Notes: generated by a model from the sequence alone, not told the origin. A stretch of 64,000 nt of DNA from an uncultured archaeon (GCA_963782915.1 CAWALK010000020.1:390487-454486), one strand, 5' to 3'; shown: positions 38,923 to 50,266, numbered from the stretch's first letter. Numbers and translations are program-made.

Positions 38923-39323
38923 CATGACAAATGACCAAAATCAAAGAACAAATCACGCCACAACTCAGCACCAATTGTGAGTTCAGAAGAAATTCTCAAC
39001 CTTCCACTTAATGAATTACTTCCCCGTTTGGATACCTCTCCAGCAGGACTTAGCTCAGAAGAAGCAGAAAAGCGCCTCGAAACTTACAGTCGAAATGAAT
39101 TTGCAAGAAAAAAGAAACGCGCTGCAATCCTTAACTTTCTTGAACGCTTCAAAAGCCCACTTGTAGTAATACTGATCATTGCAGGGGGCGTCTCTGCAGC
39201 CCTTGGTTCAATTCCACGCGTAATCGTAATCTACAGCATGGTTTTTCTAAGCGTAACTCTAGCATACTATCAAGAAAATAACGCTTCAAAGCAGCTGAGT
39301 TACTAAGAGAAAAAGTTGCCACT
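38923..39323 (+). pseudogene. 5' fragment of a P-type cation ATPase (MgtA/Ca-ATPase-like)
   Basis: GLSSEEAEKRL..Y..NE, F..PLV.IL, YYQE..AS; similarity stops after ...LREKVAT with no catalytic domains. Confidence 0.8.
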
Positions 39324-39512
39324 CTATATCTTACGGTGCCTCTGAGGCTTGTTGGTCACTATTGAAATCAGTCATGCGAACGAACTCTAAAATAGTATGG
39401 CACAACGGTCGCTTTATAAAATTTGAGATGCACTCAAACCAGAGGTGAAGTAAAGACACATCGCACCTCAAAGGTGCTAAACAGACACAGAACTTGCAAA
39501 GCCGTCACTTAA

Positions 39513-39698
39513 TCAAAGACGCGACAATAATTTCCTGAATTTCTTAACAAGCACTATCGAGCTAAAACTGGCAATAGTTGTTCCAGCTGCTATAAACACA
39601 AGACTAAGTTCTGCTTCTTGCAAGCCACAGGTTATTACCAAGAAGCCTACCAATACAAAGATAGCGACGAAGACCCAAGACTCCAAGGGCATCACCAC
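39513..39698 (-). CDS. Small two-TM protein
   Basis: 61-aa ORF with two hydrophobic segments. Confidence 0.4.
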   Translation of the reverse strand: MVMPLESWVFVAIFVLVGFLVITCGLQEAELSLVFIAAGTTIASFSSIVLVKKFRKLLSRL

Positions 39699-39873
39699 TT
39701 ACTTTTCAGTAGTATGCGCTTATAAATTATCGCATAAAAAACCCCGTTTTGACAATTGCCCAACAAATCTACGATATATGACAATACGCTACGAAGTTAT
39801 CTACTTTTTTGAATGAAGATTTAGTATAATCGAGCGCTTAGTTTTAAATAACTAAATTCTTAATACGGTCAAC

Positions 39874-41049
39874 ATGGCTGACCCAACCTCGTTCGTTCTT
39901 CAATTATCCATACTATTGGTAGCTGCAATCGTCGGTGGCTTACTGATAAAGAGGTTCGGTTACCCAGTAGCTTTAGGCGAACTCTTAGTCGGAGTCTTAA
40001 TTGGACCCTCAGTATTTAACTTAATTTCAGACCAAGCAACAGTAAGCGTCTTTGCAGAGTTAGGCGCAATTATTTTACTGTTCTACATTGGTCTAGAAAC
40101 AGAGATGGGTGACCTAAAAAAACAGCTCATACCATCACTTTCCGTGGGAGTACTAGGCGCAATAGTGCCTTTAGTCCTCTGCTACTATACTGCGCTTTCT
40201 TTTGGAATTTCAAGTAATGAAGCACTTTTCTTAGGCGTTGTTTTTACAGCCACAAGCATTGGCATAACCATTCGATTGTTAAAGGACATGGGTAAACTAA
40301 ACAATCCAACTGGTTTAACGATTCTGGGTGCAGGTATTGTTGATGACGTAGTAGCAGTTATTCTTCTATCCGTTGTTCTGAGTATTTTATCTGGTGGCGT
40401 TAATGCCCTTGATCTAGGGCTTGTTGTCGTAAAAGCTGTAATATTTTGGGCTATCATAGTTCTAATAGGCTCAAAAGTTCTAGTTCGAACCATTGACAAA
40501 GTCAAACTTGATGATGAATACATGATTCTGTTGATTTTGGCATACGGCTTCTTTGCTGCCTATATCTCTGCATCAATTGGATTGTCCGCAATCGTTGGGG
40601 CGTTTGCTGCTGGTCTACCGTTATCAACAAGACAGGTAAAGGTTAAGATGGTTCTTGAAAAAACAAAGAGCCTCTACATGTTCTTCGTACCAATATTCTT
40701 TATTTCCATAGGTACTTTGGTAAATCTTAGCGTATTTGGCGAAGCCGCATTCTTGGGGTTGGTTATCACTGCTATGGCTTTTATAGGCAAGATAGTTGGT
40801 AGTTTTGTTGCTGCACGCATGACAAAGTTCTCGACAAAAGAATCCCTCAAGATAGGCCTCAGCATGACGCCCAGAGGTGAGATGGGTCTTATCATTGCAA
40901 GCCTTGGATTAACAAGCGGATTAATTTCGACGGGAACATATTCCATAGCTGTAATGGCAGTTATCTTAACGACCTTCATAGCGATGCCAATACTAAAGAA
41001 ATTGTATGAAACAAAAAGAAAGAGTGTTCCGTTAGCAGAAAAGACGTAG
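39874..41049 (+). CDS. CPA2 cation:proton antiporter (NapA/KefB-like)
   Basis: GELLVG.LIGP, LLFYIGLE, ATSIGIT, IVDD, FF.SIG, PRGE. Confidence 0.93.
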   Translation: MADPTSFVLQLSILLVAAIVGGLLIKRFGYPVALGELLVGVLIGPSVFNLISDQATVSVFAELGAIILLFYIGLETEMGDLKKQLIPSLSVGVLGAIVPLVLCYYTALSFGISSNEALFLGVVFTATSIGITIRLLKDMGKLNNPTGLTILGAGIVDDVVAVILLSVVLSILSGGVNALDLGLVVVKAVIFWAIIVLIGSKVLVRTIDKVKLDDEYMILLILAYGFFAAYISASIGLSAIVGAFAAGLPLSTRQVKVKMVLEKTKSLYMFFVPIFFISIGTLVNLSVFGEAAFLGLVITAMAFIGKIVGSFVAARMTKFSTKESLKIGLSMTPRGEMGLIIASLGLTSGLISTGTYSIAVMAVILTTFIAMPILKKLYETKRKSVPLAEKT

Positions 41050-41536
41050 GAAATAAAGACGTTAACTTCTACTGGGGGCTTGCTATCCAAAAAAAATTGG
41101 GAGCGGTCGTTCCAACATGGAATTCCGCCTGCGCGGCTGCGTTATTAATCAACGTGGCTTGTCCAGATGCGTACGATTTCTTTGAAGTCCAGGATTTTAG
41201 CGCCAAACGTGTGGCTTGCGGTGATCTTCAGCTTGCGAGTCTCGATTGCTTTGTCGGTTTCAATGAGTAGCTCCCGTTTTGGAGTCAATGCGACTGCACG
41301 TTTGCCTCTCATAGCAGAAGCACAAATCCACAGTACCGGTGCCTGCGTTGGTTCTTTGCTGGCTTGGTCTATAGCCGCCCACGACTAAGCCCACGCCCAT
41401 GAGTTCCTCGATTTAGAGCGTACGCTTGAAAATTGGCATTATTGATTTTACCGCCATGGCCTGCTCTTGTGACTCTCCAGCCCCTCAATCCAGTGCGAAT
41501 CAGCTGAGGATTACTCGCATAAGAGTCAAGTTGTCA

Positions 41537-43007
41537 TTATCGGGGAACAATATAGAGGAATGGTTCGGGTTCTGTTTCTTTGCTTGCATAACATGCCAAC
41601 GCCAATGCAAAGAGTTGGTCGTCATGGCGGCCTCTGGGATGTTGGAATTTGATGTGGATGCGTTCTTGCGCTGTGTTGGGTTTTAGGTATTCGTATTGTT
41701 GCTCGTTAATTTGGGCTATGAGTTGCTTGTCTTCTCCGCGGATAGCGAGCTGTTTTTTTTCCATGAGCAGTTTGAGGTAGTTTAGCATATTTTCTTTCTC
41801 AGCGTCCGTAAAGAATATCCCTTGCACGTTTGGGATTTCTATGCTTTCCAATTCATCCACCACTGCGTCTCCGATTCCTGTCTTGTCGACAAATAAGCCG
41901 TTTAAGTCGAATGTTTGGTGAGCTTTAGCAGTGTATGCGCTACTTCAGGGTACGGTGTACCCAATGGAAACTCACGTTTATGAACAAGCCTAACCTGTTC
42001 TGTATCGGTTAATTCCACAATAGCTAAGACGAGTGGTCTACTTGTTTACCTAAGTCGAGTCCGCCAAAGTATCTGCGGCCAGTTTGTTCGGGGGTTATCT
42101 CGTCTAGTTCTTGGATGTACTGGTTTGGAGAGTTAGGGTTGTCAAGTTCTGGGTCGATAATGGATGCGATGAGATCCATGGGGAAAAATGTTTGACTTAG
42201 TTTCTGTCCAAAGAGCTTCGACTTCTCGTTCCCACTCTTCTTTTGTCATCATTTGACGCCATTCTGCAGCTGGGGTTTGCTCACTAAGTGGGCTGGATAT
42301 CGCTTGGGTAGTGATGAACTGAATAGCGTTGTGTGTCTAGGAATGCTTTGCGAAAGACATGATCAAAAGCCATAGGGGTTCCACTCATAACTAAAGAAGC
42401 ATTAGGTTTAGTGAGCATCATTATTATTTCGCTTGTAATCATTTCAGAGGGGACAATGCTTGCTTCATCTGACGAAAATCCAGTCGGGATGGTAGCCTCT
42501 TAGTTTATTGGGGGAGCATGGTAGGGCGATAAGTCGGCTGTTGAGGGGTGGCTTGAGTTTTATGATGGTTCGAGTTGACCCTGGATGCTGAATCATCTCA
42601 CGTAGAAGTGGATTACCTAGAATAGTTGAGTAGCAGTAATCGAACATAATCATACTTTGGCGCTGGGTGCTGCTTATGATTAGGCTTTCGATGTTGGGTT
42701 TGGTGAAAAGTAGCCAGAGATTTTTTCTGCTAAAAACAAGGCTTTTACCCCAACCCCTGCCGCAGACAGCCACTTGCCTTGAACTTAGTCTCTTAGAAGT
42801 TTTTGGTGATTAGGCGCATCAACTAGCCAGTTGTCGCCGCACATTAATAGTAGCGAAGAAAGCGGGGTCATCGACTATTTTTTGTGCGATTTCTTTGTGG
42901 GCGAGAAGTTGTTTGAAGGCTTTTGGTCTCTGCCGCAGATCAGTGTAGATTTGAGCAGAGAAACTTGGGTCGTTTATGACCTTCTTGACGAAAGCGTCCT
43001 CTGCCAT
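41537..43007 (-). pseudogene. Terminase large subunit-like ATPase-nuclease, multiply frameshifted
   Basis: Across frames: Walker A GRGWGKS, Walker B WIFV-DEA, SGTP, EREVEALW, nuclease GLDLGKQVDH, VDKTGIG, HDDQLFALALA. The frameshifts may be assembly errors. Confidence 0.8.
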
Positions 43008-43300
43008 ACTCTAAAATCACGCCTAAAATGTCTAGCAATCCGCGGCTCAATACCCCTAATATAATCGCCTAAATTTTGCTCATCAAACTCTAACCTTGAC
43101 CCGCTCTGCAACAACAGCTTATTTAAAATGTTAACGTGGAAAGCAAGGACGTTAGCCACGCCTGTTTTTTCTTTAACTGTAAGTTGTGGATCACGTAGCA
43201 TATTCTCTAATTGTTTAATTGTTGCCCATTCACTCGAAATTAATTCGTCCTGTGTTGGGCGTTTAGTTTGTGTGTTCTCTTGCGGGTTCTGAGGTTCCAT
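42974..43300 (-). CDS. Hypothetical protein overlapping the terminase start (small-subunit position)
   Basis: 108-aa helical ORF overlapping the 5' end of the TerL-like gene; function inferred from position only. Confidence 0.55.
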   Translation of the reverse strand: MEPQNPQENTQTKRPTQDELISSEWATIKQLENMLRDPQLTVKEKTGVANVLAFHVNILNKLLLQSGSRLEFDEQNLGDYIRGIEPRIARHFRRDFRVWQRTLSSRRS

Positions 43301-43579
43301 TCCTTGCTACCCTTCAGCCAACAGATAGTTTGGTTAATTGGTTGTATAGTTTTCAAGCTATAAGTTTATTGTTAGTTACTATAGTTAACCGTGAAACCGA
43401 ACATTGGCTAATATCTAGCGTTTTACAAATCAAAGCTCAGAAATGTTGCTTTCTGGATAAAAAAGAAGCATTTCAAGGGAAAGGAGAATGAATAATGAAA
43501 GGCTACCTAACTTAACTATAGAAACTATATTGACGATATTCTTATATTCATATGAGAAATCGTTTGAGGTTGAGGTTTA

Positions 43580-44053
43580 ATGCCCAAAACAAAAGTCTTA
43601 TTCCTGTGTACTCATAACTCCGCTCGATCTCAAATAGCTGAAGGTCTTCTTAGATCTCTTTACGGCGACAAGTACGAAGTATTTAGTGCTGGAACAAACC
43701 CTACACAAGTAAATCCCTTGGCTATCCAAGTTATGGCTGAAATAGGGATAAACATATCAGGACAGTATTCCAAAAGTCTAGATGTTTTTAAAGATACTGA
43801 AATCGAGTTAGTTGTGTCAGTTTGCCGTAGTCGGTCAAAAATAAACTGTGCCATCTGTGCTTCACCGATAGTTATGGGAAAGCCTGAGTTGATTACCTCA
43901 AGACTGCCCAAAGCCAAAGATTATTTAGACCATCCTTTCGATGACCCATCTGAAGTACAGGGAACAGAACAAAAAAGACTTCAAGCTTTTCGTCTTACAA
44001 GAGATGAAATGAAAAAGTGGATTAAAGAGAGGTTTGCTCTTGACGAAAGCTAA
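43580..44053 (+). CDS. arsC: Arsenate reductase ArsC (LMW-PTPase family)
   Basis: FLCTHNSARSQIAEG, SAGT, DDPS...F..TRDE. Confidence 0.9.
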   Translation: MPKTKVLFLCTHNSARSQIAEGLLRSLYGDKYEVFSAGTNPTQVNPLAIQVMAEIGINISGQYSKSLDVFKDTEIELVVSVCRSRSKINCAICASPIVMGKPELITSRLPKAKDYLDHPFDDPSEVQGTEQKRLQAFRLTRDEMKKWIKERFALDES

Positions 44054-44114
44054 CATACAGCTTGTTTTTAAAATTAAATACTTCTTATGGTATACAAATG
44101 GACGGTAAAAGTTA

Positions 44115-44685
44115 ATGGTTAAGGCATTGATTGTTTACGGAACTCGTTACTGGAACAACTGAGAATACTTCTGAGGTAATCGCTGATACTCTGAGACAAG
44201 TAGGCTATGAAGTCAAGATTGTGGATGCTAAAAAAGAAAAAGTTCAAAGCATAAGCGAATTCGACCTAATTATAGTGGGCAGCGGAATCCAAATGGGTAA
44301 ATGGACAAGCGAACCTGAAGACTTCATCAAAAAATACCAGAAGGAACTAACAACCAAGAAGTTAGCGCTCTTTGTCTCTTGTGGTGGTGCTAATCCTTTG
44401 TCTGAAGGGGAACAAAAAGACAAAGAGTTGAAAAATGCTAAGACTAAGTATCTTGAGGATAAAGCTGTAGAACTCAAGGTAACTCCAATAGCATTAGGTT
44501 TCTTTGGAGGGTGCTATGACTTTAACAAAATGTCTTGGTTCTTCAAAAAAACTCTATCATCAATCAAGCCCAAACTCGAAGGTGCTGGTTACAAAGAATC
44601 AAAAGCCGGCGTTTATGATTTAAGGGACTTGGATGCAATACGTAATTGGACAAGAGAAGTCGCCAAACAATTGACGGTAAAATGA
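44115..44685 (+). CDS. Flavodoxin-domain protein (HemG-like; indel near the start)
   Basis: MVKALIVYGTRY..T, DLIIVGSGI.MGKW, DLRD.DAIRNW. Confidence 0.85.
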
Positions 44686-45052
44686 ACTGGTTTGAATTAC
44701 AATAAATCGAGCTTTCTTAGCCCAGAAACTGTGAAATCTCGCATAGTAAACTCAACAACTGAGTCGATGATACAATACCCGAAGAAACGCTCAAGCTTAA
44801 AAAGAAGATTGCTGGCCGAATCAAACGTTTAGCCGGGTAGTAGAGGAGAAAGGGCAAACTCTGTGATGGAATTGTTAAACGCTGATTCGCCAGCAATTGC
44901 TCGTTTGTGTGTTCATGGGCTACACTTACTAATTACAAACTTTTTGCTCTTAATAGTTTCACAAATAATCTATAGAGACTCTATTAGAATGCTTCAAATT
45001 GTCCAATCCCCAAAATATTAAAAACGGGACGAATGATTCAAGGTGCTGATAT

Positions 45053-45565
45053 TTGAGTAGTAGGATTAGGCTCGCCCTTCTGTGTATTATACTTCTAATT
45101 CATCTATTAGTTGGAGCTGTTGTTTGGCGGGAGAAGGCAGATTTTGACCCCAATCATACGTCTATAATCACCATAAACCCTCCATTGACTGATGAAATTT
45201 ATAATTCTTCAAGTGTTCGATTGAATGTTGATGATTTTGGTCTTTATCCTTGGGATTCAGACAACATAACCTCATTAAGTTACTGTTTAGATGGGCAAAA
45301 AGGTGTGCCTTTAACTTTCACATCAATTAATGGGGATGCTGCTTTCAAAGCGAATGCAACACTTGACGTTTCATATGGCCTTCATAATTTGTATGCACCT
45401 GGATTATCTATAAGGAATCATTTTGATGAGCAAGAGAAAGAACCAAATAATGTAATTGTCACAGCGATAGTTGTGCTTACAATCGTTGAAGTGTTAATTG
45501 TTATCGTTACCAACACTAAGAAGGTTCGCAGGTTTATGAAACCTATGCCTCGGTACGGTTTTTGA
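45053..45565 (+). CDS. Hypothetical surface protein or remnant
   Basis: N- and C-terminal TMs; SYCLDG...GLHNL Ig-like fragment. Confidence 0.45.
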   Translation: MSSRIRLALLCIILLIHLLVGAVVWREKADFDPNHTSIITINPPLTDEIYNSSSVRLNVDDFGLYPWDSDNITSLSYCLDGQKGVPLTFTSINGDAAFKANATLDVSYGLHNLYAPGLSIRNHFDEQEKEPNNVIVTAIVVLTIVEVLIVIVTNTKKVRRFMKPMPRYGF

Positions 45566-46078
45566 TATTTACGGGATTAAAACGCTAAATAAACAAGAGC
45601 TATATCGTTTCTATTTATTACTAACAAATTTCGCTTATTCCTAAATAGCCGAGTTGTATTTAGCGAGTGAGCGTAATGCAACAACTTGGAAGAAATCCAA
45701 ATACAATTTATTTGCCCATCATGAAAGATGACTATTATCTTCATATTCTATGTACAGGTGCTTTATCTCTAACTTAGATTGTTGATTTCAAAAAGCAAAT
45801 CTCTTCATTTGGAGAATAAAAGCGGAAGTAAATATCAAAATATAATATCATTAATCTACCTTTAGTGTGCGAATACTGAAAGAGACCGCAGACAGAACAA
45901 AGACCATTTAGAAGAAGAGACTCTTGATTAGACTTAATTTTTGCTACTTATCAATAGCTCGTTAACGCTCTTTTGAAACAAACTCTCACTTTATTATTCC
46001 ATCAGGATTCACCTTTTCTTTAAACAAGCTTTTAAACTCATTGAATGCGAGTATTTAGTCGAGAAGGCGAGTGGGCTT

Positions 46079-46372
46079 ATGCAAGATAAGGGCGAAATCA
46101 TCCGCAAATTGCGTGAATCGAAATCTTTCTTGGCCGAACACTTCAACGTAGCTACTATTGACTTGTTTGGGTGTTACGCAACCGATGAAGCGGATGATGA
46201 AAGTGAAATTGGTTTATTGGTCACATACACTGAACCATTAGACCCTACAGAACTATCTCAACTTGCTAAATTTCTGCACGACAAACTCACTACTGATATT
46301 AATCTAGTGTCAAAGAGTTATCTTAGTCCATCATTGAAGGAAAAAGTCCTGAAGGGAGCAATCCCGATTTGA
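46079..46372 (+). CDS. Degenerate minimal nucleotidyltransferase (MNT antitoxin-like)
   Basis: LFGCYA.DEA..ESEIGLLV compared with canonical FGSYARGE...SDIDILV; followed by an RDYLVYI HEPN-like scrap. Confidence 0.7.
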   Translation: MQDKGEIIRKLRESKSFLAEHFNVATIDLFGCYATDEADDESEIGLLVTYTEPLDPTELSQLAKFLHDKLTTDINLVSKSYLSPSLKEKVLKGAIPI

Positions 46373-46501
46373 CAGGTGTGTTATAGAGACTATTTAGTGT
46401 ATATTTGTAATGGATAATAGAAATTCTCGTAGCTAAAGGCACAAAAGTGTTCGACGACTGGTTGCAAACGTTGGCACAACATAAGTTTCAAGGATCGATA
46501 A

Positions 46502-48088
46502 CTAGTTGTATGTTGGCGTAACTATACAATGAACATCTAACTGTTTGTCGAATGCATCATAGAATGCTTGTTTGTTTTGTTCTATACTCCATTCTTCAAA
46601 ACTACAATCGGAATCTGAGTAAAAAGAAAGCAAAACCTGGTCCGCATCAATAATGCCGAATTTCACCTTATTTACAAGTTCACAATGACTGCGATCAAGC
46701 TTCTCAGCAAACCGGAGAAAAGCCGAAAGTACCACAACATCGCTTTTTGCTTTCTCATCTAACCCAGTGTTTTTAAGCGCTTTTTTAGAGGGCAACTTTT
46801 TTCTATGAAAACGGGCAACATTCGCCATAATTTGAATATCTCGACGATCAAATCCCAACAATTCAGCATTACTAATGATATATTGAGAATGTAGATGGTG
46901 GTCATTAAACGACAGAAAATCGCCTACATCATGCAAAACAGCGGCATACTTTAAAAGTTCCCGCTCCGGCTCACCCAAATTATGCAACCCAACTAGTTTG
47001 GCACTATCAAAAAGCTGCAATGCCAAAGAGGAAACAGCCAAAGAATGTTTCTCGTCAAAATTGCAGGACCTGCCCAAATGTAAAACACTCCTGTTACGCA
47101 TGGGAGATTTCTGCAGCTCCCTAAATCCCTCAAAACCGGATAAATATTCGACGAGAAGTCCATCCCGCAGTTCACGGTGGCTGATGATGATTTCTTCTAA
47201 ACCAAACTCTTCCATAATGGCCTCAATTACTGCTGCTCCACCAATTATAATATCACTTCGTTCAGGGTTGATTGCTGGAAGTTTCTTACGTTCTTCAAGA
47301 GTGAGCGAACAAAGAATCGGCACCAATTTTTGGAGATTTTTACGAGAAATGATTAATCCATCTGCATTATTGGTCTTTTTAAATAATTTGTTTGAAATTT
47401 CAGCCAAATTAATTATCGTACCTGATGAACCATAAGCCAACCTAGCTCCATAATCCAGTACCCTTCTTTTAACAACACCAATCTTTTGACAGGCAAATCG
47501 TTTAATCTCCTTGTAAGTGTCTAATCGTACTGGATCGGTCCAACCTTCACCAATAAATTGAGCAGTTAACCTAATTGCACCTAAACGAAGAGTGTCCAAA
47601 GAGAAATATTCATATTGATTTCCGATGGCAATTTCAGTGCTACCACCGCCTAAATCGAGGAAAATGGCTTTTTGTTCCCCAATATCAATTCCACTGGACA
47701 CACCCAACCAAATCAAACGGGCCTCTTCTTCCCCTGAAATAACTCTAACTTCAAGACCGATTTCTTCTTTGAGGAGTTTGAGAAAATCGGATTGATTTTT
47801 TGCTTCGCGAGTTGCTGATGTTGCAACAGAAATTATTTTTGAAGCCCCATATGTTTTGGCGAGATTAATGAATTTTCCACAAACGAGAACGGCTCGTTGC
47901 ATCGCTTTGGGTTTAAGTATGCCATCTTTAAATTCCTGTTCGCCAAGCCTAACAACCTCTTTTTCTTGGCTAATTATGGTATAAGAGAAATTCTGGTTTA
48001 TTCTTACTACTAAAAGTCGTATTGCGTTTGTACCGATATCTATGAACCCAACGACGTGGTCAAGTGCATTTTTTAGGTCTGTTTCCAT
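46502..48088 (-). CDS. ppx: Exopolyphosphatase Ppx/GppA with HD domain
   Basis: IDIGTN, ATSATREA.N, ISGEEEA, DLGGGSTE, LRDG, LHDVG. Confidence 0.95.
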   Translation of the reverse strand: METDLKNALDHVVGFIDIGTNAIRLLVVRINQNFSYTIISQEKEVVRLGEQEFKDGILKPKAMQRAVLVCGKFINLAKTYGASKIISVATSATREAKNQSDFLKLLKEEIGLEVRVISGEEEARLIWLGVSSGIDIGEQKAIFLDLGGGSTEIAIGNQYEYFSLDTLRLGAIRLTAQFIGEGWTDPVRLDTYKEIKRFACQKIGVVKRRVLDYGARLAYGSSGTIINLAEISNKLFKKTNNADGLIISRKNLQKLVPILCSLTLEERKKLPAINPERSDIIIGGAAVIEAIMEEFGLEEIIISHRELRDGLLVEYLSGFEGFRELQKSPMRNRSVLHLGRSCNFDEKHSLAVSSLALQLFDSAKLVGLHNLGEPERELLKYAAVLHDVGDFLSFNDHHLHSQYIISNAELLGFDRRDIQIMANVARFHRKKLPSKKALKNTGLDEKAKSDVVVLSAFLRFAEKLDRSHCELVNKVKFGIIDADQVLLSFYSDSDCSFEEWSIEQNKQAFYDAFDKQLDVHCIVTPTYN

Positions 48089-48118
48089 ACAAGCACCAAT
48101 TTCTTGTTGAAGACCTTT

Positions 48119-50266
48119 TCAAAGGATGTGAGTTGCCCACTCATGCCAGATACCTCGATTTTGAATTAGCCAAAACTGAGAGTTAATACTTGTTTCTCCC
48201 TCTTTAGGGGTTACTCTTTGGTAAGTTCCATCGGGCAGGAGTCTTCTAGCTTTAACGTTGTCTTGAATGCTTATCCTGAGCATGTTTTCAAATATGGCCC
48301 TTCGTATTTGTGGATCGGGTACGCTGAAGAGAACTTCAACTCGGTCGTTAAGATTCCTGAACATCAAATCTGAACTGCCGATTAACACTTCACTCTCTTC
48401 ATCGCCTTGGAAGTAATAAATTCGGGCATGCTCAAGAAAACGCCCAACTATAGAAACTACCGAAATATTATCACTAACACCCTTGACACCAGGCTTTAGG
48501 CAACATAATCCTCTAACGTTGAGGTCAATTTTGACTCCAGCTATTGAGGCTCTATAGAGAGCTTGAATGACTTCTTTTTCTTCCAGGTTGTTTAGTTTGA
48601 AGGCTAAGTAGCCGTTTCCAGTTCTTTGATGAAAGGCAATTTCTCGATCGATTCGCTCTAATATTTCATGCTTTAAGGTTTTTGGAGCTACAAGTAAGTG
48701 CTTGAATTCTTTTTCTTGAAGCCCATTTATTAAAATGTTAAAGAGTTCTTCGAGTTCAAGCCCTACTTCTTTGTTAACGGTTAAATAACCTATGTCGCCG
48801 TAAATTTTCGCTGTAACCGCATTATAATTTCCTGAGCCTATGTGTGAATATCTGACAAGGCCAGTCTTTTCTTTTCGTTCAATCAGGCAAAGTTTTGCAT
48901 GGACTTTAATGTTAGGAAAATTATAGATAACATTGACACCTGCGTCTATAAGTTCTGAGGTTAAGATAACGTTATTTTCCTCGTCAAACTTTGCTTTAAG
49001 TTCAATAATTACTGTAACTTTTTTGCCCCTGCTTGCTGCATCCATCAAAGCTGCAATAATTGGCGATTTATGGTCAACCCGATACATTGTTATACAAATG
49101 TTAAAGACATATAGATCTTTGGCAGCTTCTTTCAATAAATTGACTATAACATCAAAGCTATCATAGGGATGGTAGAGGACTATATCCCTCCTTGAAATTG
49201 TAGCAAATAAGTCCTTCTCAGGTGCCAGCAAAGGCAGAACTGAAGGCAGAAAAGTTTTATCCTTAAGGTCAGGATGGTTAATTTTGAGTACTTGCCAGAG
49301 ATCAACCAATCCAAGAGGGCTTTCAACCTCATAACACAGCTTATCTGGTAATCCCAAACTCTTTGTCAATGCTTCGCGGATTTTAAGAGGCATTTTTTTA
49401 TCAAATTCTAGTCTACTTGGAAAACCTTCTTTTCGGCTTGAAAGGCTTCTTTTTACTGAATTAAGGAAGTCTGCGGATTCATCCATTATGATGTTAATTT
49501 CACCATTCCGAGTAAGCCTAAAAGGATAAGCAACTAAGGCTTGTTCATCGGGGAAAACAAGATCTAAATTTGACATGATTAAATCTTCGAGAAATACAAA
49601 GTAGTATTCCTCGGTGGGTAATCCTGTTTCTACTCCAACCATCCGACCCCTTCTTGAAATCCTTATTAATCTACCGAATTTTTCAGTAGGAACATTAAGT
49701 ATATAACAGGTATTCCTTGAAGAGAAACCGGTTATATAGATGGATATATGTAGATTTTCTAGCTCAGCAATGTTAATGTCTTCCTTTGGAATTCTCAGAT
49801 CAGGAAGAATGGAAATTTGGAAGAATTCTCGCAGGTTCTTTTTTTGTTGCTCCTGCAAATCAGCGACCTTTGTAAAGTGAATAAACTCTTTCTCTAGAGC
49901 AGGTATAATTTCGTTTTTCCAGCAATTAGTATGTTTTTCTATTAGAGGAAGTATTTCTCTTCGTGTTGCTTCAATTTGTTCGATTGGTGACATACCATCC
50001 ATTGATTTTTCTTTCGACCCTTTGTTAATCTGCTTCATGAGACGAGGAATTCTAGTCATAAAGAACTCGTCTAGATTGCTGCCGCAGATAGCAATGAATT
50101 TTACTCGTTCCAGCAGAGGATGCCAAAAATCACTTGCTTCCTCAAGGACCCGTGCGTTAAATCTGATCCAGCTGAGTTCTCGGTTGAGAAAATAGTCAGG
50201 GGCATCAAGTGCTTTTTCTAATTCTTGGTTTGGTGCTTTTTCAGTGTCGGTACAACTCTTGAGCAA
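48119..50266 (-). CDS. ppk1: Polyphosphate kinase 1
   Basis: NRELSW..FN.RVL, NLDEFFM.R, HPYDSF, ELKAKFDE, KVHAK, GNYN, RFLEHAR. Confidence 0.96.
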   Translation of the reverse strand: MLKSCTDTEKAPNQELEKALDAPDYFLNRELSWIRFNARVLEEASDFWHPLLERVKFIAICGSNLDEFFMTRIPRLMKQINKGSKEKSMDGMSPIEQIEATRREILPLIEKHTNCWKNEIIPALEKEFIHFTKVADLQEQQKKNLREFFQISILPDLRIPKEDINIAELENLHISIYITGFSSRNTCYILNVPTEKFGRLIRISRRGRMVGVETGLPTEEYYFVFLEDLIMSNLDLVFPDEQALVAYPFRLTRNGEINIIMDESADFLNSVKRSLSSRKEGFPSRLEFDKKMPLKIREALTKSLGLPDKLCYEVESPLGLVDLWQVLKINHPDLKDKTFLPSVLPLLAPEKDLFATISRRDIVLYHPYDSFDVIVNLLKEAAKDLYVFNICITMYRVDHKSPIIAALMDAASRGKKVTVIIELKAKFDEENNVILTSELIDAGVNVIYNFPNIKVHAKLCLIERKEKTGLVRYSHIGSGNYNAVTAKIYGDIGYLTVNKEVGLELEELFNILINGLQEKEFKHLLVAPKTLKHEILERIDREIAFHQRTGNGYLAFKLNNLEEKEVIQALYRASIAGVKIDLNVRGLCCLKPGVKGVSDNISVVSIVGRFLEHARIYYFQGDEESEVLIGSSDLMFRNLNDRVEVLFSVPDPQIRRAIFENMLRISIQDNVKARRLLPDGTYQRVTPKEGETSINSQFWLIQNRGIWHEWATHIL

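Noticed and set aside
46079-46500. Functional HEPN-MNT toxin-antitoxin or defence system
   Set aside because: The MNT catalytic GS/DxD residues are degenerate and the downstream HEPN frame is reduced to a few codons with stops.
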